From an uncultured Clostridia bacterium (lineage in GTDB: Bacteria > Bacillota > Clostridia > Christensenellales > UBA1242), in assembly GCA_947589615.1 (NCBI GenBank), contig CANQBU010000001.1:1-34866 (forward strand): a stretch of 34,866 bases of DNA. The letters run 5' to 3'. Below the pieces are notes generated by a model. It ran no database searches and was not told the DNA's origin. It saw nothing but the letters and a program-made list of their open reading frames with translations. Below, one piece after another: positions 31,840 to 34,866 of this stretch. Position numbers and translations under genes: made by a program. Position 1 is the stretch's first letter. Each line of letters begins with the position of its first letter.

Positions 31840-33498
31840 TTAAATATTTAAGATTTCATCTGCCACCGACTCGATTCTTTTGTCGTGAGAAACTACGATT
31901 ATAATTTTGCCGTTATTTTTTAAATGTGCAAGTTCGCTTAAGACTTTTTGCACGTTATTTTCATCTAGGTCGTTGGTTGGCTCATCAAACAGATATATGT
32001 CGGCATCACGCGAAAGGGTGCGGATAAAATCGATACGTTTTTTCTCGCCACCTGAGAGTTTGGAGCGGACATCTTTTCCCTCTTCTTCGCGCTTGATGAG
32101 TTTTTGCAAATCAAATTCTTTGACAAGTCGCTTGCCTTCATTGTTCAATTCTTGATTAGGGTAACTGAGGTTTTGTTCAATACTTCTGTCAAATAAAATC
32201 GAGTCTTGAAACATATATGAAATCTTATTTGTATAATCTTCAAGCGAGGAAAGGGGATAAACGCCGTTTATCAAGATTTGCCCATTTTCAATTTCTTTTA
32301 GACCGCAAATTGCATTCAAAAACGAAGTTTTTCCTCCTCCACTTTGCCCTGTCAAAAGGTATACTTTGCCGCTTTCGAAACAGCCTTGATATGAATTTTT
32401 GAATTTTCCGAAATTGACGTGAATGTCAAGCACTTCCATTTTAGAGATATGCTCATTTTCAAGTGCTTCTATCTTATGCGCATGGGCAAGTTTCAAGTTT
32501 TCTTTTGTCGGATTAAGCTTTTCGAGATTGCAGAGTTTAATTGCCGAAGATTGAATGTCGCCGATTTGCCACCCCCAGTTTTCTATTGTGGACTGAATAT
32601 CTGAAAAGATTGTAAAGATCATGCTTATTGTGGCGACGGCCTGTGCTGTTCCATTTCGCATAATGAAAAGCCAAATCGCTAAGCCGATAGACAGAAACTC
32701 AAAGCCGATAATTGTAATCCAATACCAGAACCCTATTTTTGCCCGCGTCTTATGATACTTATAAAAAACTTTGTTTAAAAAGCCGAGTTGCCTTGTTTCC
32801 TCCAAATTGGAGCGTAGCATAGTGATAAGCGGAAGGTTTTGAGCGGTTGTCAAAATTTGATTGTTGACCTTTGCACTTGTGCCTTCGATTTTTTCCACAA
32901 CGGGATTTTGCAATTTCAATCTGATAAAAATAATTAGGAATATGCCCAAAATCATGCCTATTCCGATAAGCCCAACCACCCAATCTTGGGCGAATAAGAC
33001 GCCGACATTGAGGGCAATCGCAACTAAGTTTGTCACGATGTTCCAGCAGAAAGGTTCGACAAGATTGTAAACGCACTCAGTCGCATTTTGCACAATGTAG
33101 TTCACTTCGCCCAGCGTCATACCATAATCTGAATTTTTTCTTTTTTCAAGAAGAAGGTCTTGAGCCTTGATGTTGACGACGCAAATCATTTTCCTTGCAA
33201 AGATATCTATAGAATAGTAATGTATCATTCCCAGAATCCATAGCCCGAAATTAATTGCAAGAAGGATTGCGGTGATTGAAGCCGTAGGCAGGGAAGAGAA
33301 GTCTATAAACAAAAGTTTTACCGACTCGCCCGCAAGACTTGCAAGCACAAGGGGAGGGACAACGTTGAATAACATCCACGCCAATGCTGAAACCCATGAA
33401 AAAGCAAAAAGACTTATGAAGAGAATTCTGTCTTTTGTCTCCATTAATTTCCATAATAATTTTAAACTTTTAAAAATTCCAACTTTTTCTTTTGTCAT
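31840..33498 (-). CDS. Fused permease/ATPase ABC exporter (type I exporter half-transporter)
   Basis: 552 aa. N-terminal region with about 6 TM segments. NBD with Walker A GQSGGGKTS, signature LSGGEKKR, Walker B IYLFDEP and H-loop VSHD. No clear SD upstream of the ATG. Confidence 0.88.
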   Translation of the reverse strand: MTKEKVGIFKSLKLLWKLMETKDRILFISLFAFSWVSALAWMLFNVVPPLVLASLAGESVKLLFIDFSSLPTASITAILLAINFGLWILGMIHYYSIDIFARKMICVVNIKAQDLLLEKRKNSDYGMTLGEVNYIVQNATECVYNLVEPFCWNIVTNLVAIALNVGVLFAQDWVVGLIGIGMILGIFLIIFIRLKLQNPVVEKIEGTSAKVNNQILTTAQNLPLITMLRSNLEETRQLGFLNKVFYKYHKTRAKIGFWYWITIIGFEFLSIGLAIWLFIMRNGTAQAVATISMIFTIFSDIQSTIENWGWQIGDIQSSAIKLCNLEKLNPTKENLKLAHAHKIEALENEHISKMEVLDIHVNFGKFKNSYQGCFESGKVYLLTGQSGGGKTSFLNAICGLKEIENGQILINGVYPLSSLEDYTNKISYMFQDSILFDRSIEQNLSYPNQELNNEGKRLVKEFDLQKLIKREEEGKDVRSKLSGGEKKRIDFIRTLSRDADIYLFDEPTNDLDENNVQKVLSELAHLKNNGKIIIVVSHDKRIESVADEILNI

Positions 33499-33502
33499 AA
33501 GT

Positions 33503-33526
33503 ATTTCTTTAAAGCCTGTAATGGGC
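33503..33526 (-). repeat. Copy 2 of the 24-nt repeated sequence
   Basis: Minus strand reads gcccattaCaggctttaaagaaat, ending 4 nt before the ATG of the ABC exporter (33498). Flanks are loosely similar to copy 1 for about 10 nt on each side. Confidence 0.8.
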
Positions 33527-33581
33527 GAAAAAGGTAAAATAATTCACGCATGCTTTTTTTGAATAAAAAATTAAAATTTGC

Positions 33582-34553
33582 CTAAAAAATGTCTACTTTT
33601 TCAAGCATTTTAATGGCACACTTGCTCTCTCGGGCAAACAACTCGTTTTCTTCACTGTCATTGTGATTTAAAACTTTCTCCCTTGTCGTTTCAAGAATCG
33701 TTATTGCCTGATGACAATATAAGAATTTTTTTAAGGTTTCTTTTTCATACTCTGCCAGTTTGGAACGACTTTCATAGGCGGAAAGAAAGATTTTTGTTTT
33801 GCGTATGGTCTCATTTTCATTCTCTATATCAAAACATAAATCTCCTATTGTCACTGCAAGGTCTACTATTCGTGGAAGATAATTTGAAACTGAAAAATCT
33901 ATTATGTAAAGTTTTCCACTATCCTCCCTTATAACATTTGTTTTGATGATGTCGCCATGCACAAAGCCATACTTCAACTTTGAAAAGTCCACTGAGTTAA
34001 ATAAATTTAATGCTTTGTCTAAATATTGTTTATCACTTTCGATAAGTTGAATGTTTGCTTCATATTCTTTGGCATAATTCACGATTGCCCAGTGGTCATA
34101 AATAAAAGGCGGCTTGAAATCAATCTCATTTAACTTTGCCATGTTTATGGCGATTTGCTCAAGTTCCTCATCAGTGGGAAGGACGCCCAGCGAATAAAAA
34201 TCTTTGCCGCAAATGTATTCCATGACGATAAGACGATATTTAACATCTTTTATTTTTGTCGTCAAAACTAAATCCTCCCCATGCTTGTAAATCTTAGGGC
34301 ATGAAAAACCCTTTTCGTAGGGGAGATAGGCACGATTTGCAAGGTTTACACAATCCTCATCACTCCTATCTTTATTGAATACTTTTACGACAAATTTTCC
34401 GCTGTCCGCCTCAAGGATAAAATTAAAATCTTCGTATCCTATTTCAATCACTTTGCACTTTTTGACTTGCCCCAATCCATATTTTTCACATACATCTTTT
34501 GCCAAAACTTCTAATTGGACATTTAGATTTATTCTACTTTCAAACTCGTTCAT
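33582..34553 (-). CDS. Phosphotransferase of the APH / choline-kinase / homoserine kinase II family
   Basis: 323 aa. Brenner motif FVHGDIIKTNVI (HxDxxxxN) and LYIIDFS (the DFG equivalent). N-terminal lobe with FVVKVF (the Lys-containing strand). SD GGAG. Confidence 0.82.
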   Translation of the reverse strand: MNEFESRINLNVQLEVLAKDVCEKYGLGQVKKCKVIEIGYEDFNFILEADSGKFVVKVFNKDRSDEDCVNLANRAYLPYEKGFSCPKIYKHGEDLVLTTKIKDVKYRLIVMEYICGKDFYSLGVLPTDEELEQIAINMAKLNEIDFKPPFIYDHWAIVNYAKEYEANIQLIESDKQYLDKALNLFNSVDFSKLKYGFVHGDIIKTNVIREDSGKLYIIDFSVSNYLPRIVDLAVTIGDLCFDIENENETIRKTKIFLSAYESRSKLAEYEKETLKKFLYCHQAITILETTREKVLNHNDSEENELFARESKCAIKMLEKVDIF

Positions 34554-34779
34554 TATTGTCTCCGATAATTATAATATCATATTGCTCCCATTTTTCCAAA
34601 CGATTAAACAAAAATATGGAATTGCCATTTTCCCCAATCTTAAATTATATATTTTGTAATTATAAATTTAAAACATTATTTAAGAGAATGCCATTAACCT
34701 TTTTTAAAGGAAAAATGCCCCTTACAAAAAGCCTGAAAGACCAAAATCCTAAAAAGATTTGAAAAAGTTGGCAAATCAC

Positions 34780-34810
34780 TTGACATATTGGGGGGGGGAT
34801 TTTGTATAAT
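34780..34810 (+). promoter_or_regulatory. Outward-facing near-consensus promoter with a G9 homopolymer in the spacer
   Basis: TTGACA (34780-34785), then tatt-GGGGGGGGG-attttg (19-nt spacer, G9 at 34790-34798), then TATAAT (34805-34810). The gene it would drive lies beyond the window end. Confidence 0.5.
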
Positions 34811-34866
34811 TACTCTGTAAATTATATATTTTAGATATATAATAGAAACAATTTTCGACAAATTTC

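Noticed and set aside
1-34866. Alternative genetic code (TGA = Trp, as in Mollicutes), considered because of the high AT content.
   Set aside because: Several well-supported genes end at TGA at the expected protein length (e.g. 98-958). The long ORFs are uninterrupted under the standard code.
1-34866. Prophage, transposon or integrative-element boundaries around the accessory-looking block 17164-31709.
   Set aside because: I found no integrase, transposase, recombinase, tRNA attachment site or long terminal direct/inverted repeats. The only rearrangement scars are two short gene stumps (989-1117 and 24809-24919). Island status remains an inference from gene content.

Overview
AT-rich, densely coding chromosomal window that looks like Bacillota (Firmicutes). 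It uses the standard genetic code (TGA acts as a stop, e.g. at 956-958). I saw no rRNA, tRNA, CRISPR array, transposase or integrase. All homology calls were made by eye from motifs in the supplied translations; no searches were run.

Gene content in order:
- Lipoprotein (98-958).
- 42-codon remnant of an ABC ATPase (989-1117), overlapping the start of a NUDIX hydrolase (1114-1527).
- Minus-strand pair: an RmlA-like sugar nucleotidyltransferase (2229-3083) and a CYTH-like protein (1640-2218).
- Tightly packed four-gene plus-strand operon (3345-17027): ABC ATPase, 534-aa polytopic permease, a 2053-aa protein of Big_2 Ig-like repeats ending in a parallel beta-helix, and a 1722-aa MBG-repeat protein with a C-terminal TM anchor.
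- Orphan membrane protein, apparently leaderless (17164-18354, minus).
- Overlapping tandem pair of DUF262 proteins (18550-22900). The first also carries a DUF1524 His-Me nuclease motif, so the pair looks like a GmrSD-type type IV restriction module.
- Choloylglycine (bile salt) hydrolase (23007-23978, minus).
- BclA-like collagen-repeat protein (24131-24715).
- ABC exporter (31840-33498, minus) and APH-family kinase (33582-34553, minus).

Most interesting region: a six-gene operon at 25195-31709. It encodes an SPFH (Band_7_1) protein fused to a double zinc ribbon, a small helical protein, two ESCRT-III/Snf7-like coiled-coil proteins, an AAA+ ATPase of the SpoVK/CbbX clade with a MIT-like N-terminus, and a 927-aa protein with a zinc ribbon, TPR-like repeats, a TIR domain and a C-terminal TM tail anchor. 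I know of no described system that joins a membrane-remodelling set (polymer, recycling ATPase, scaffold) to a TIR domain, and it lies about 2.3 kb downstream of the restriction-like pair.

Smaller observations: a G9 homopolymer inside the spacer of a near-consensus promoter at the right edge, a 24-nt sequence present twice (23/24 identical), and two short gene remnants.
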